NCBI GenBank assembly: GCA_965240325.2 | Contig: OZ251243.1 | Span: 310,001-374,000 of the forward strand | Reading direction: 5' to 3' | DNA: 64,000 bases | Source of the DNA: Rebecca billardiae RCC1528 | Taxonomy: Eukaryota > Protista > Haptophyta | Part shown: positions 1 to 10,915 of the stretch, in pieces | How the letters are laid out: each line of letters begins with the position of its first letter | Position numbering within the stretch: the first letter of the stretch is position 1 | The notes under the pieces: generated by a model | What the model saw: only the letters and a program-made list of their open reading frames with translations | Told to the model about the DNA's origin: nothing | Database searches by the model: none | Position numbers and translations under genes: made by a program

Positions 1-167
1 CCCCACCTCGCGCCCCATCGCGTGTGGGTCCCACGTCAAGGGATGAGGTCTTAACGGCACCGCCACGCCTCCGCCATCGTGCGACGACCGCACAACGGGC
101 CGGCTGCCGGTCGCGCGCGCGGCCGGGGCGCGACAACTTTGACATCAAAGTGACAACCTCCGCCGCC

Positions 168-1023
168 ATGCGCCGGCGATCCCGCCATGCGCTCGCCGTC
201 GCGCTGGCGCTCGCGAGTTGCGCGGCGCCGCTCGCGCGCGCCGAGGAGTGCGAGGACGAGCACGAGTCGTGCAGCACGTGGGCATCCTCGGGCGAGTGCT
301 CGAACAACCCGGGCTTCATGCACGCCACCTGCCCGCGCTCGTGCGGTACGTGCCCGAAGCCGATCTCGGAGGACCTCACGCAGCTGAGCGACGAGCGCGT
401 CGTGATGGAGGTGGCGGGGTACGGCGAGATCACGCTCGCGTTCTACCCGAACGCGGCGCCCATCACCGTCGAGCACATCGTCAAGCTCTTCCGCCTCGGC
501 TGCTACGACACCAACCACATCTTCCGCGTCGACCGAGGCTTTGTGGCGCAGGCGCGCGCGCGCGCCCGGCCCGGCGCGCGCGCGCGCCGCGGGCCGGCGG
601 GCGCCGACGCGCGTGGGCCGCGCGCGTCACCCTACCCCACACGCGCGCCGCCCAACCCCGCCGCAGGTCCAATCGGTCTACCAGGGCGCCGTCACGCAGA
701 CGCTCAGCGCCGAGTGCCTCAAAGAATCCGCGAAGAACGTCCCGGCCGAGTTCACGCCGATCCGGCACGTGCGCGGCATCCTGTCGATGGGGCGGATGGC
801 GGACCCGAACTCGGGCGGCTCGTCCTTCTCGATGCTCCTCGGCAAGGCGCCCCACCTCGACAGCCAGTACACCGTCTTCGGCCGCGTGGTCGACGGCCTG
901 GACGTGCTCTCAGCGCTCGAGAAAGTCGAGACGAAGCGCGAGGGCATCTTCGTGATGCCCAAGGACAGGATCGAGATCTCGCGCGCGTACGTGGTCAGCG
1001 CGAAGGACAAGGTCGAGATCTGA
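168..1023 (+). CDS. CYP23: Secreted cyclophilin-type PPIase (CYP23-like) with N-terminal ShKT domain; exons 168-551, 667-1023
   Basis: Signal peptide, then ShKT CEDEHESCSTWASSGECSNNPGFMHATCPRSCGTC. Cyclophilin motifs FRVDRGFVAQ, HVRGILSMGR, HLDSQYTVFGRV and REGIFVMP. Removing GC-AG intron 552-666 joins the two frames. Confidence 0.88.
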
Positions 1024-1362
1024 GCGCGGAGCGCGGCCGTGGGGAGGGGCGGGTCTGACAGTGACTGACGACCGTATTATTGGTCGTGCCCGCCGTGGGT
1101 GCGATGCTCGTCCAGCAGGCGGACTACTCGCGGCGACTATACTACTGAGAACTGTCAGTGTCGTAGTCGTGAGTGTATAGACTATAGTAGTAGTATGACA
1201 CAGTCCGGATGACGGACTCCGGCTGCTGCGCTCCGCGTCGAGCAGCCGACGATGAGGCGGCCGCGCTGCACGGCACCCGCCATATCAACCGCCGCCCGGC
1301 CGGCCCTGGCCGCTTTATGGCCCGGCCGGCGCTGCGGGGTGCCAAGCCTGCAGGCGCCCGCG

Positions 1363-2823
1363 TCAGAGGCCCGCGCGCGCGACCCCGCCCGGCAGCGCGT
1401 GCTGCGCGCACAGCACGCCCACGACCACGGACGGGAGCGCGCCCACCAGCAGGCCGACGAGCGCGCCCACGGCGAACACGCCGCGCTGCGCGAAGATGCG
1501 CGTGCCCAGCCCGCCCGAGTTGACGTGCAGGTGGAAGGCGTGCGGCGAGTACTGGTTCTCCACCACGCTGAACACCTCCTTCTCCCCCTCGAAGTCGCAC
1601 TGGATCGCCTGTCCGTCCTGCATCGGCAGAAACACCGGATTGTCCTGCTCGGACGCGTTGGCAGCGATCACGTTGAGCAGCTTGAGCGCGGACTCGAGCC
1701 CGCGCGTGGAGGAGAGGACGAGGTTGTCGTCGACCTCCTCGCCCATCTCGACCTCGTACTCCGCCTCCGCCACGCGGTTCTTCTGCAGCACCAACTCCAT
1801 CCACGCCTCCGAGTAGTGCGGCCGCATCGCGAACGGCGCGCGGAAGAGCGGGAGCGCGCCGAGCACGCGCGTCGACACGCCGTCGTCGTCGAGGTCGGTG
1901 GCGGAGAAGCCGCCGATGAGGTACTTGGCGTCGACGGCGAAGTTCTCGAGCGAGCCGGGCAGGATCTCGCCCGTCATCTCGATCGACTTGGAGCACACCA
2001 TCGTCGACGCGCTCATCGACGCCCAGAAGATCTGGCCGCTGCGCACCGCGCGCACGAGGTGGCCCACAAAAGGCTGGTTCACCTGGTACGCGAGGTTGAC
2101 CATCACGACGTCGCCGCCCTGGCCGACGACGGCGTCGTACTCGGCGAAGGCGGCGCGGCACCACACGTCGAGCGCCGCCTTGTGCCGCTTCTCCAGCCGC
2201 TGCGACGCCTCCGCCAGCTCGTCCGCCGGCGTGGGCTGGCCGGGCCATACGCGCGGCGGCTTGCCCGCGCGCACCTTGTCCACGACCGCCTGCGTGCGCG
2301 CGAGCGCGTCGTAGTAGCGCTTGCGGTCGGCGTCGAGGATGCCCTCGACGCGCGGCCTCGACGCGTGGTACTTGCCCTCCTCGCCCTCGCTGTCGAGCAG
2401 CCACGGCTTCTGGTACAGGCAGAGGGTCGTCACGTTCTCCGGCAGGATGCCGCACCGCTCGATCAGCTCGAGGTCCCAGAAGAAGGTGACGCGCTTCTCG
2501 CGGCCGAGCCGCGCGGACGGCCCGTCCTTGTGGTAGTTGCCGTCGTTCAGGTGCATCACCTTCACCTTCGCCAGCTCGTCGCGGTACTTCTGCCGCAGCG
2601 GCACCGCGTGCGCGTGCTCGTCGGCCGCGCGGAAGACGCCGCGCCGCTTCAGGATCACCTTCATGAACTCGGCGAGCAGCCGGTCGCTCGCGAGGGCGCT
2701 CGAGGTGATCCACGCGACGCCCGGCTGGCTCTGCCGCGTGGGCAGCACGGACAGCGTCTGCGTGCGCGACACCGTCTTCGACGACTCGAGCTTCAAACCG
2801 GGCGGCGCGTTGGTGGCCGCCAT
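1363..2823 (-). CDS. Peptidase S51 (dipeptidase E/cyanophycinase)-like protein with C-terminal TM anchor
   Basis: YDAVVGQGGD ... VRSGQIFWASMSASTMV ... LGALPLFRAPFAMRPHY matches the S51 motif order (D.I.VGGG / G.SAG / PHY). Hydrophobic C-terminus. Confidence 0.55.
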   Translation of the reverse strand: MAATNAPPGLKLESSKTVSRTQTLSVLPTRQSQPGVAWITSSALASDRLLAEFMKVILKRRGVFRAADEHAHAVPLRQKYRDELAKVKVMHLNDGNYHKDGPSARLGREKRVTFFWDLELIERCGILPENVTTLCLYQKPWLLDSEGEEGKYHASRPRVEGILDADRKRYYDALARTQAVVDKVRAGKPPRVWPGQPTPADELAEASQRLEKRHKAALDVWCRAAFAEYDAVVGQGGDVVMVNLAYQVNQPFVGHLVRAVRSGQIFWASMSASTMVCSKSIEMTGEILPGSLENFAVDAKYLIGGFSATDLDDDGVSTRVLGALPLFRAPFAMRPHYSEAWMELVLQKNRVAEAEYEVEMGEEVDDNLVLSSTRGLESALKLLNVIAANASEQDNPVFLPMQDGQAIQCDFEGEKEVFSVVENQYSPHAFHLHVNSGGLGTRIFAQRGVFAVGALVGLLVGALPSVVVGVLCAQHALPGGVARAGL

Positions 2824-2948
2824 GTCGCGCCCACTCGTCGTTGGCGCGCAGCCGCGCGCTGATTGTTTGCGCGAAAGCGGCGTGCGCGCGCACAGGAACT
2901 GAGCGATCCGGATGACCGTCATCGTCGGGAACGAGCGAGGTCGGGGCA

Positions 2949-3735
2949 ATGGCTGCGGCCGACTTCGGCGCGTCCTCCGAGCAGCGCCTGAGCAGCGTGG
3001 CGATCGCCGAGGCGCTGGCGGAGCTCGACCACGAGGAGGCGGCGCTGGATGCGCGGCTCGACGCCGAGCTCACCGAGCTCGCCGAGCTGCGCGCGCGCGT
3101 CGCGCGCGCCGCCGCCGCGCGCGCGCAGCTCGAGACGCTGCGCTCGCGCGCGGCCGAGCTCGCGCGCGGCGTCAGCGAGAAGGCGACGCGCGCCGAGCGG
3201 ATGAGCGAGCGCGTGCGCGAGCTCGACCTGGCGCAGTCGCGCGTCGTCGAGACGCGCAGCGTCGTCGACGCCGCGAGCCAGCTCTCCAAGTCCGCCGCGG
3301 TGATCGAGGCCGCGATGGCGCGCCAGGAGTATGAGGAGGCGGCCGAGTCGGTTCACGCGATCCTGAGCCGGCTCGGGGACGAGGCGTCGGGGCTCGCGGC
3401 GGCCGAGCCGGGCGCGGCGGAGGGCGACGGCGAGGACTCGCGCGGGCGCGACGCCGTGCTCATGCGCAAGGTCCTGAGCGCGCGAGACCGTCTGCGCGAG
3501 CTCGCGCTCAGCGCAATGCGCGCGCACGCCGACGCGGGCGGCGCCGCCGCGGGCGGAGCCCAGGGCGGCGCGGCGGCGCAGCCGCGGGGGCAGGCGGAGT
3601 TCCTGCGGTTCCTGCGCATCCTGCCGCGCGTCGGCGAGCCGGGCGAGGCGTACCGCCAGCTCTGCGCCTACCGCCGCCTCGCGCTCGACGCTCAGCTCGC
3701 GGCCGCGCGCGCGCAAGCGGAGCGCGCGCTCGCGA

Positions 3736-3769
<34 letters not shown>

Positions 3770-4792
3770 GCGCATGCCGTGGCCGGCGCTCGTGTCGGTG
3801 CTGCTGCAGGCGTGCGCCGCGGCGATCGAGGCGGACGCGCCGCTCGTGCGCGCGCGCCTCGGCGGCTCGCGCGCGCTCGTCGGCTTTGTCAGCGAGCTGC
3901 ATGCCGGCTGCCGCGAGCGCGCCACCGAGCTCTCGGGCGCCGTCTCAACTGGCGGACAGGTCCGGGCGCTCCTGAAAGGGCTGGAGGGCGGCGGGGGCGG
4001 CGGGGGCGGCGGTGGGTCCTCGGCCGAGGCGGCGGCGCTCGACGGCACCGCCGCCGCCAGGGCCGAGCCCGGCCCCGCCGACGCTGCGCTCGGCGCTCGG
4101 CTGGAGTGCGCGCAGCAGTGGACGGCCGACCTGGCGGCCATGCTGAATGGCGCCGTCGGTTACGACAGTTACGTGCTGGGCAAGGTGGAGGCGGAGGAGG
4201 CGGCGGCGGCGGAGGCGGAGCGGCGGCACGGCGCGCACGCCGAGGACGCCGACGCCGACGCAGGCGGGGCCGCCGGCGCGGCGGCGGGCGGCGCGTGCGC
4301 GCACCTGCCGCCGCCGCCGCCAATCATTCCGCTCTGCGTGGGTGGCGGCGCGGCGGGCGCGGACGGCGGCGGCCGTGGCGGCGGCGGCGGCGGGTTCAGC
4401 TCGTGCGCGGTGCTGCTCGCCGAGCTGATCAGCGCGCTGACGCACCACTCGGCGCGCCGCGCGATGGCCCTCGAGACTGCGAGCGCGGAGCCACCCGCCA
4501 CGGCGGCCGGCGCGGCGCTGGCGGCGGGGCCGGCGGCGGGGCCGCAGCCGCCGCCGGCGCAAGCGTTGCGCTCGTCCGGACCGTTGCGCTCGTCCGGACC
4601 GGACGACGTGTTCTACGTGCTCAAGCAGGCGCTGGCGCAGGCGGCGCGCTCGCACAGCTACGCCGTGCTCGCGGCCGTCACCCGCGCGGCCGCCGCCGTG
4701 CTGCAGAGGCCATATCTGGAGACGCTGCTCGCGCGCGCCAAGGGCCCTGCCGCCGCTGGGTCGGCGCTGCAGACTCTCACCGCGTCCCTTCA

Positions 4793-4824
<32 letters not shown>

Positions 4825-5571
4825 TGGGCGGCGGCGGCGGCGTGGGCGGCGGCGTGGGCGGGGCAGGCGGCGTGGGCGGCGGCGCGGGCGGCGGCGCGGG
4901 CGGCGGCGGCGGAACCGCCGCGGCCGCCGCGACCGCGGGCGGGCAGCGACTTGTGTCTCTTGGCTCAGCCACGGCAGCTTACGCCGCGACGCTGGTGGGC
5001 GCGGGCCGCGGCGGCGCCGCCGACGGGCTGGCCGAGCCGCCGCACTTTCTGATCAACCTGAACAATCTCGAGATCTCGGGGGCGTACTTGGAGAAGCTCC
5101 TCACGCAGCAGGTGCGCGCGCGCGCGCCCGCCCGCCGCTGTACGCGCGGCCGCGCGCGGGCACTCATTCCTGCGGCCGCGCGTGACGGCGCGCGCGCTCG
5201 CGCGCGCGCGCGCGCGTTGCTCGGCTGCGCAGGAGGAGGCGTGTGCGGGCATCGCCAAGGCGCTCGGCACGGGGCCCGCGCACACGCACGGCGCGAACGC
5301 GCACGCGCACGCCGCCGCGGACTCGGAGGCGCCGGGCTCGCCGCGCGCCGAGGGCGGCAGCGCGCACACGGCGTACGCGCGGCGCGCGATCGCGCGCGGC
5401 GCGGCGGAGGCGGCGCACGCGCGCGGCGCGCTTGCGGAGCTGCGGCCGCAGCTGCGCGCGGCGCACGCGCAGGCGGTGGGCCAGCTGTGCTCCTCCATCG
5501 CGCACCGGCTGAAGGCGAAGCTCGATCTCTTCTCGGGCACGAGCTATGACATTGCGATGCCCGGCGCGGAC

Positions 5572-5604
<33 letters not shown>

Positions 5605-6336
5605 GCGGGTGGCGGCGGCGGCGCGGGTGGCGGCGGCGGCGCGGGCGGCGGCGCAAGCGGCGGCGGCTCGCTCGCGGCCGAGTCCTCCATGAATGCGTTC
5701 GTGCCCGCGCTCACCTCCGCGATCGACGCGCAGCTCCTCGCGCTGCGCGCGGTGCTCACGCCCTCCAACGCGGACACAGTCGCGCAGGGCGTCGCCCGGC
5801 TCATCGCAGAGCGACTTGAGGGCATGTTGCTGCAGAAGCGATTGTCGCCGGTGCGCGGCGGAGCGCGCGGCGGCGCGGCGCGGAGGCGGCGCGTGGAGAG
5901 AGGCAGCGGCGCGCCCGACAGCGCGCGCGCGCCCCTCGCGCCTGCGGTGCCGTGCCAGCGAGCGCGTGTGCGCGCGCGTGCGCTCACGCCGCCGCCGCCC
6001 TCGCGCCCTCCGCGCCTCGCCGCGCGCCGCCCGCGTGCGCGCGCTCGGCCCCTGCAGCTGGGAGCCCTCCGTCTGGACAAGGACGTGCGCGCACTCGTCG
6101 CGCACCTCGCAGAGGCGTGCTCCCCCGGCGCGGCGCGCGCGGCGTTCGCGCGCGTCTCGCAGTGCGTCGTGCTGCTCGGCCTCGAGCGCGAGGCTGAGGT
6201 GGCGGAGTTCTGGGCGCCGGGCGGCGCGGAGAGCGCTGTCGGCATCCGGTGGAAGCTGAGCGCGGCGGAGGTGCGGCAGGTGCTCGGCCTGCGCGCGGAC
6301 TTCCGAAAGGATGTGATCGCTGCGCTCAAGCTCTGA
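2949..6336 (+). CDS. COG4: Conserved oligomeric Golgi complex subunit 4; introns 5112-5232 and 5851-6057
   Basis: RVRELDLAQSRV, DDVFYVLK, FLINLNNLE, LGALRLDKDVRAL and WKLSAAEVRQVLGLRADF...IAALKL. Both introns are GT-AG. Confidence 0.9.
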
Positions 6337-6754
6337 GTGAGCGAGCTCTAGTGAGCAGCCGTGATGCTGCGCGGCCCGAAGGGCCCGCCACGCGCGGGCC
6401 GTGGCCGCTGTGACGAGGCGTGGGAACGAAGCGCGCTGACGAGTCGGCTACTCCGCTACTCGGATGACAAGTGCTCACGTCAATCCGGCTGCTGCGCATT
6501 CGCGAGTCAATCGCATCGCGCGCAGTGATCGTCGTCATGAACGACGACTGTCGACTGCTACGCGATCATCAGATCGACCGCCGGACCGGATCAGCATCGT
6601 AGCAGCAGTCGTATAGTCGTCGCGCGATCGTCTGACTCGGCGGCTCGGAATCGAGAGCGAGAGTGGAGCCTGTGACTCAGAGAGTGCCGCCGCCGCGGTG
6701 CTGACTACTGAGTACTGTTATGACAGCAGCCTGCCCGAGCCCCGCCGTCGATCG

Positions 6755-7801
6755 TCAGCGGCGAGCGTGGCGCGCGCCGCCACTCGCGCCTCGGGCGCCC
6801 GGCAGTGGCACCGCATACGACCCGGGGTCGCACGAGTCGTCGAGCATGCACGGCCGGCAGACGGGCCGGAGCGCGCGGCACTGCTCGAGCACGCGCCGCG
6901 CGTCTGCAAGCGTCAGGTACTCCCTGGGCGCCTGCGTGTGGTGCTTCGAGCCGAAGGAGACGTTCACGATCGCGCCCCCGCACGTGACCGCGCTCGCGTC
7001 GAGCGCGCGCGCGCCCGCGTCCGCGTCGAGGAAGCGGTACACCTTCGCCAGCTCCTCCGCCGGCCGCGCGAGCAGCCGCTCATAGACGACAAGCTGCGCG
7101 CGCACGCCGCCGTCGCGGAGCGTCGCCGCCGCGCGGCCCATGCGCGGCAGGTTTGCGGCGAGCTGGCGCATGTTGCGCAGCAGCTCGGCGAGGGCGGGCG
7201 CGCCGGCGGCCTCGCCGCTGCCGCCGTCGCGCCGCTTCGCCGACGCGCCCATCGCGTGCGCGATCACGTTCACGCGCGCCAGCAGCAGCACTCGCACGCG
7301 CCGCCTCCTGAAGGGCGCCACCCACGGCTCGAGCGGCCACCAGCCCTGGTTCATGTGCCAGAGGAAGCCGCGCACGTGCCCCGAGCGCACGTACGCGTCC
7401 GCCTGCTCGAGCTGCTCGAAGCGCGCCGTCCCGTACGCCCTGCGCATGCACAGCTCCCAGAAAGTCCGCACCGCCGAGCGCGGGGTTGGCCTGGGCGGTT
7501 CGAACGGCTTCCGGCCCCAGAACCGGTCCATCACGGCGAGGCGCGTCGGGCCGGCGCCGTCGGATCCGGGCGGCCCGCCCCAGCCGTCGCGCGGCACGCA
7601 GCGCTCCGGCCGGTCGGGCTTGACCCCGAAGGCCTCGCCCGCATGCACGACCCCCGGGCACGCGCGGAGCTCGCTCAGCATGAAGTGCGTGCCGCTGTGC
7701 TGCTGCGAGAGCAGCACGTACGGGATCGTGGCGCGGGCGAGCGGCACGACGAGCGAGGCGGCGGCAAGCACCGTGGCGAGCCCGCCCTGTGCGCGTCGCA
7801 T
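6755..7801 (-). CDS. Sulfotransferase (Stf0-like) with signal/anchor peptide
   Basis: 5'-PSB-like motif YVLLSQQHSGTHFMLSEL..CPGV..AGEAF; also LLLARVN and VVYERLL..P.EEL..VYRFL. Confidence 0.7.
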   Translation of the reverse strand: MRRAQGGLATVLAAASLVVPLARATIPYVLLSQQHSGTHFMLSELRACPGVVHAGEAFGVKPDRPERCVPRDGWGGPPGSDGAGPTRLAVMDRFWGRKPFEPPRPTPRSAVRTFWELCMRRAYGTARFEQLEQADAYVRSGHVRGFLWHMNQGWWPLEPWVAPFRRRRVRVLLLARVNVIAHAMGASAKRRDGGSGEAAGAPALAELLRNMRQLAANLPRMGRAAATLRDGGVRAQLVVYERLLARPAEELAKVYRFLDADAGARALDASAVTCGGAIVNVSFGSKHHTQAPREYLTLADARRVLEQCRALRPVCRPCMLDDSCDPGSYAVPLPGARGASGGARHARR

Positions 7802-7926
7802 CTGTGCGCGCGATCCTCTCGACGAGCGCGAGCGCGGCCGTTGTCGGACGGCGAGGCGTCGCACCGATCGATCATCCATTGTCATCATCGCATTCCAGCG
7901 CAAAAAAATGCGCTGTGCAAATCAGC

Positions 7927-8005
7927 AAATCAATCAACGACGGCCGACGACGCGTCGAAATCGGAAATCAACATAATATCCTCGGCGGGCCGACTCAAGG
8001 TTCCA
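7927..8005 (+). repeat. 79-bp direct repeat, copy 1
   Basis: aaatcaatcaacgacggccg...ccgactcaaggttcca is identical to 13119-13197. Confidence 0.95.
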
Positions 8006-8049
8006 AGCTGTAAGTGCCCGTCTGACAGCTCAGACGATACCTAGTGGCC

Positions 8050-9513
8050 TTACGGTGCCGCGGGTGCCCTTGCAGTCCTGACGACGACGCAGCTGTGATG
8101 ATGCTGACACTGCTCAGCGGCCCGGCTCCCCCCGGTCACACGCCTGGCCATCACCACGGGTCGTACACACGACGGCGTCGAGACGACGCTGGCTGTGACC
8201 AGCTGCGGCAGCTGCGATGATCGCGGCCGCCGCGCTGCCACAACGTCCGGAGCAGTGGCTGTGCTGCTGGCGCGCTTCCGCTGTCGCTTGGCGGCGCTCG
8301 TCACTTCGTTGGGGCTCTTCATGTCTTGCTGCAGCCCGCGCTTGTGCCGACCTGAACTCCGATGGCGCTTCATGCCGGCCAGCTTGTGCGCAGCGCACCG
8401 GCTGGCGCGCGCGTCGCCCGGCATGCCGAATGAAGGCCCCATGGTGCAGCCCGTGTGATCGCACTTGCGGCTCTTCAGGTCGACCATGCCGGCCAGCTTG
8501 TGCGCAGCGCACCGGCTGGCGCGCGCGTCACCCGGCATGCCGTAGTAAGGCCGCGTGGTGCAGCCCGTGTGATCGCACTTGCGGCTCTTCAGGTCGACCA
8601 TGCCGGCCAGCTTGTGCGCAGCGCACCGGCTGGCGCGCGCGTCGCCCGGCATGCCGCAGTGAGGCTGCTTGGTGCAGCCCGTGTGATCACACTTGGGGTG
8701 ATTCAGGTCGACCATGCCGGCCAGCTTGTGCGCAGCGCACCGGCTGGCACGCGCGTCGCCCGGCATGCCGAACGCAGGCTGCATGGTGCAGCCCGTGTGA
8801 TCACACTTGCGGCTCTTCAGGTCGACCATGCCGGCCAGCTTGTGCGCAGCGCACCGGCTGGCGCGCGCGTCGCTTGGCATGCCGAATGAAGGCCGTGTGG
8901 TGCAGCCCGTGTGATCGCACTTGGGGTTCTTCAGGTCGACCATGCCGGCCAGCTTGTGCGCAGCGCACCGGCTGGCGCGCGCGTCGCCCGGCATGCCGAA
9001 TGAAGGCCCCATGGTGCAGCCCGTGTGATCGCACTTGCGGCTCTTCAGGTCGACCATGCCGGCCAGCTTGTGCGCAGCGCACCGGCTGGCACGCGCGTCA
9101 CCCGGCATGCCGAACGCAGGCTGCGTGGTGCAGCCCGTGTGATCGCACTTGCGGCTCTTCAGGTCGACCATGCCGGCCAGCTTGTGCGCAGCGCACCGGC
9201 TGGCACGCGCGTCACCCGGCATGCCGAACGCAGGCTGCGTGGTGCAGCCCGTGTGATCGCACGTGGGGTGCTTCAGGTCGACCATGCCGGCCAGCTTGTG
9301 CGCAGCGCACCGGCTGGCGCGCGCGTCGCCCGGCATGCCGAATGAAGGCCCCATGGTGCAGCTCGTGTGATCGCACTTGAGGTTCTTCAGGTCGACCATG
9401 CCGGCCAGCTTGTGCGCAGCGCACCGGCTGGCGCGCGCGTCACCCGGCATGCCGTAGTAAGGCCGCGTGGTGCAGCCCGTGTGATCACACTTGCGGCTCT
9501 TCAGGTCGCCCAT
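8050..9513 (-). CDS. EsV-1-7 cysteine-rich repeat protein (10 x 38 aa) with basic NLS-like tail; possibly 5'-truncated
   Basis: Unit MVDLKSRKCDHTGCTTRPYYGMPGDARASRCAAHKLAG (C-x4-C-x16-C-x2-H). Tail contains KRHRSSGRHKR and AKRQRKR. A broken partial unit lies upstream at 9514-9546. Confidence 0.85.
   Translation of the reverse strand: MGDLKSRKCDHTGCTTRPYYGMPGDARASRCAAHKLAGMVDLKNLKCDHTSCTMGPSFGMPGDARASRCAAHKLAGMVDLKHPTCDHTGCTTQPAFGMPGDARASRCAAHKLAGMVDLKSRKCDHTGCTTQPAFGMPGDARASRCAAHKLAGMVDLKSRKCDHTGCTMGPSFGMPGDARASRCAAHKLAGMVDLKNPKCDHTGCTTRPSFGMPSDARASRCAAHKLAGMVDLKSRKCDHTGCTMQPAFGMPGDARASRCAAHKLAGMVDLNHPKCDHTGCTKQPHCGMPGDARASRCAAHKLAGMVDLKSRKCDHTGCTTRPYYGMPGDARASRCAAHKLAGMVDLKSRKCDHTGCTMGPSFGMPGDARASRCAAHKLAGMKRHRSSGRHKRGLQQDMKSPNEVTSAAKRQRKRASSTATAPDVVAARRPRSSQLPQLVTASVVSTPSCVRPVVMARRVTGGSRAAEQCQHHHSCVVVRTARAPAAP
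8374..9513 (-). repeat. Coding tandem array of 10 x 114-bp units
   Basis: gccggccagcttgtgcgcagcgcaccggctggc recurs every 114 bp. Confidence 0.95.
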
Positions 9514-9593
9514 GCCGGCCAGCTTGTGCGCAGCGCGGACACCGGCCTTGATTGAGCGTGCCTACCGGGAGGTACGATCAAAGGACCATCAAA

Positions 9594-10238
9594 TAAAGAC
9601 CCTTCAGGAAAGGGTGTGGCCCCACTGCGACCGCAGGGACGAGGGCCGCTCGGAATAGCCGTGAGTGCGACGTCACGCGCCGCTGTTGGGCCTGAGCGCC
9701 GCTAGTGAGGCCCTGGCCGCGCCCCATACCCACCATGCAGCCGAGTAGCCCTCTCACGCCTCTCACGACAGCCTGTAAGCCACACCGTGAGCAACGCGGC
9801 AGCCATCGGAGCCGATCGTCATCACACACACCGTTCAAAATAGAAATGGGAGCAGCTACGGGACGCATCCGCCACTCGTCTCTTCTCTACAGACGTCACA
9901 GCGTTGCGTGTTGCTGCTCCGGCGGCATCAGCATGCACTCACGCCTATTTCGGGCGTGCAAAGAGCAGCGCGTGCAAGCTGTTGCGTTTCACTGCGTTGC
10001 AGATCGCGCGTCGGTGACAAGGAGGCAGAGACGACGGATGACAGCATGCCGAAGCGGCGCATGCCCTTCCAATTGGTGTATACTTGCCAACCATCCACCC
10101 CGGCGGACGATCCGGCGATGACGCCGCGACTCTGAGCGCGCACAGTAGGCGAGGTGCGCTGGCGGGACGAGCCGGGCGGCATGCCGCCACTGGGAACCCA
10201 CTGAAGCCGGGGCCACAACCTTTCCTGAAGGGTCTTTA
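9594..10238. mobile_element. MITE-like element with ~30-bp TIRs and probable TA target duplication (Tc1/mariner-type)
   Basis: taaagacccttcaggaaagggtgtggcccc (9594-9623) versus ggggccacaacctttcctgaagggtcttta (10209-10238), 1 mismatch. No recognisable coding capacity. Confidence 0.8.
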
Positions 10239-10628
10239 CCTACGATCTCGATCGGCAAGCGCGGCGCCGCTCGCCGGTGGGCCCCCCACGGATCGAGCCG
10301 ACAGAGGGGCTCGAGGCGCGCTGAGGCGAGGCCAGGCGCGCACGCGCTGGGTCCGACACGCCACAGGTGACTCGTTGCGCGCTCGCGCTTTCGGCGAGCC
10401 CAGCGAGCGAGGCGGCGCGACCACACGCGCGCCCCGCAGCGGCGGAGGAGGGCGCGCGGGCACGAGCCAAGGGCACGGATGGGCACACCATACCTCAGCG
10501 CCGGTGCGCGACCGCACGCGACGGCTCGCCGCACGCGCTCCCGGCCGCAGCCAGCGCGAGACGGAGCGCGCGCACGCGGCGCGGCGGCATCGCCTATGAG
10601 CTCAATACTATCTCCCGCTGGCGAGCGG

Positions 10629-10697
10629 AGCCCAGGACGCGCTCGGCGCGTCCTGGGCTAAGCCCAGGACGCCAGTGGGCGGCCGAAGCCCAGGACG
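10629..10697. repeat. Hairpin plus iterated AGCCCAGGACG motif cluster
   Basis: agcccaggacgcgc-tcg-gcgcgtcctgggct is a perfect 14-bp stem. Further direct copies start at 10661 and 10687. Confidence 0.8.
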
Positions 10698-10915
10698 GGC
10701 TCGATTTCGGTGGAGTGGCCTCGGTCGTCCGGGGCCCTATCTTGTAATCGACGTACCCGTTTACATATTCGATCGGATTACGACCATCGCCTTGACATAG
10801 GCACCATTTATTCACGACAGATTGGGGTGCATAACAGAGTTCATTCCTTTATAGAGTTACAATCGTGTATGGGCTATGTGCGCACCGGTCGTAAAGCATA
10901 TCTCGCCATTCTTTG

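Noticed and set aside
8019-8045. Hairpin plus CTAG-T as a canonical Helitron 3' end
   Set aside because: The orientation would place the element over host genes to the left, and I found no matching 5' TC end.
8374-9513. Regularly spaced repeats with variable inserts as a CRISPR array
   Set aside because: The units are 114-bp in-frame coding repeats, the variable parts recur, and no cas genes are present.
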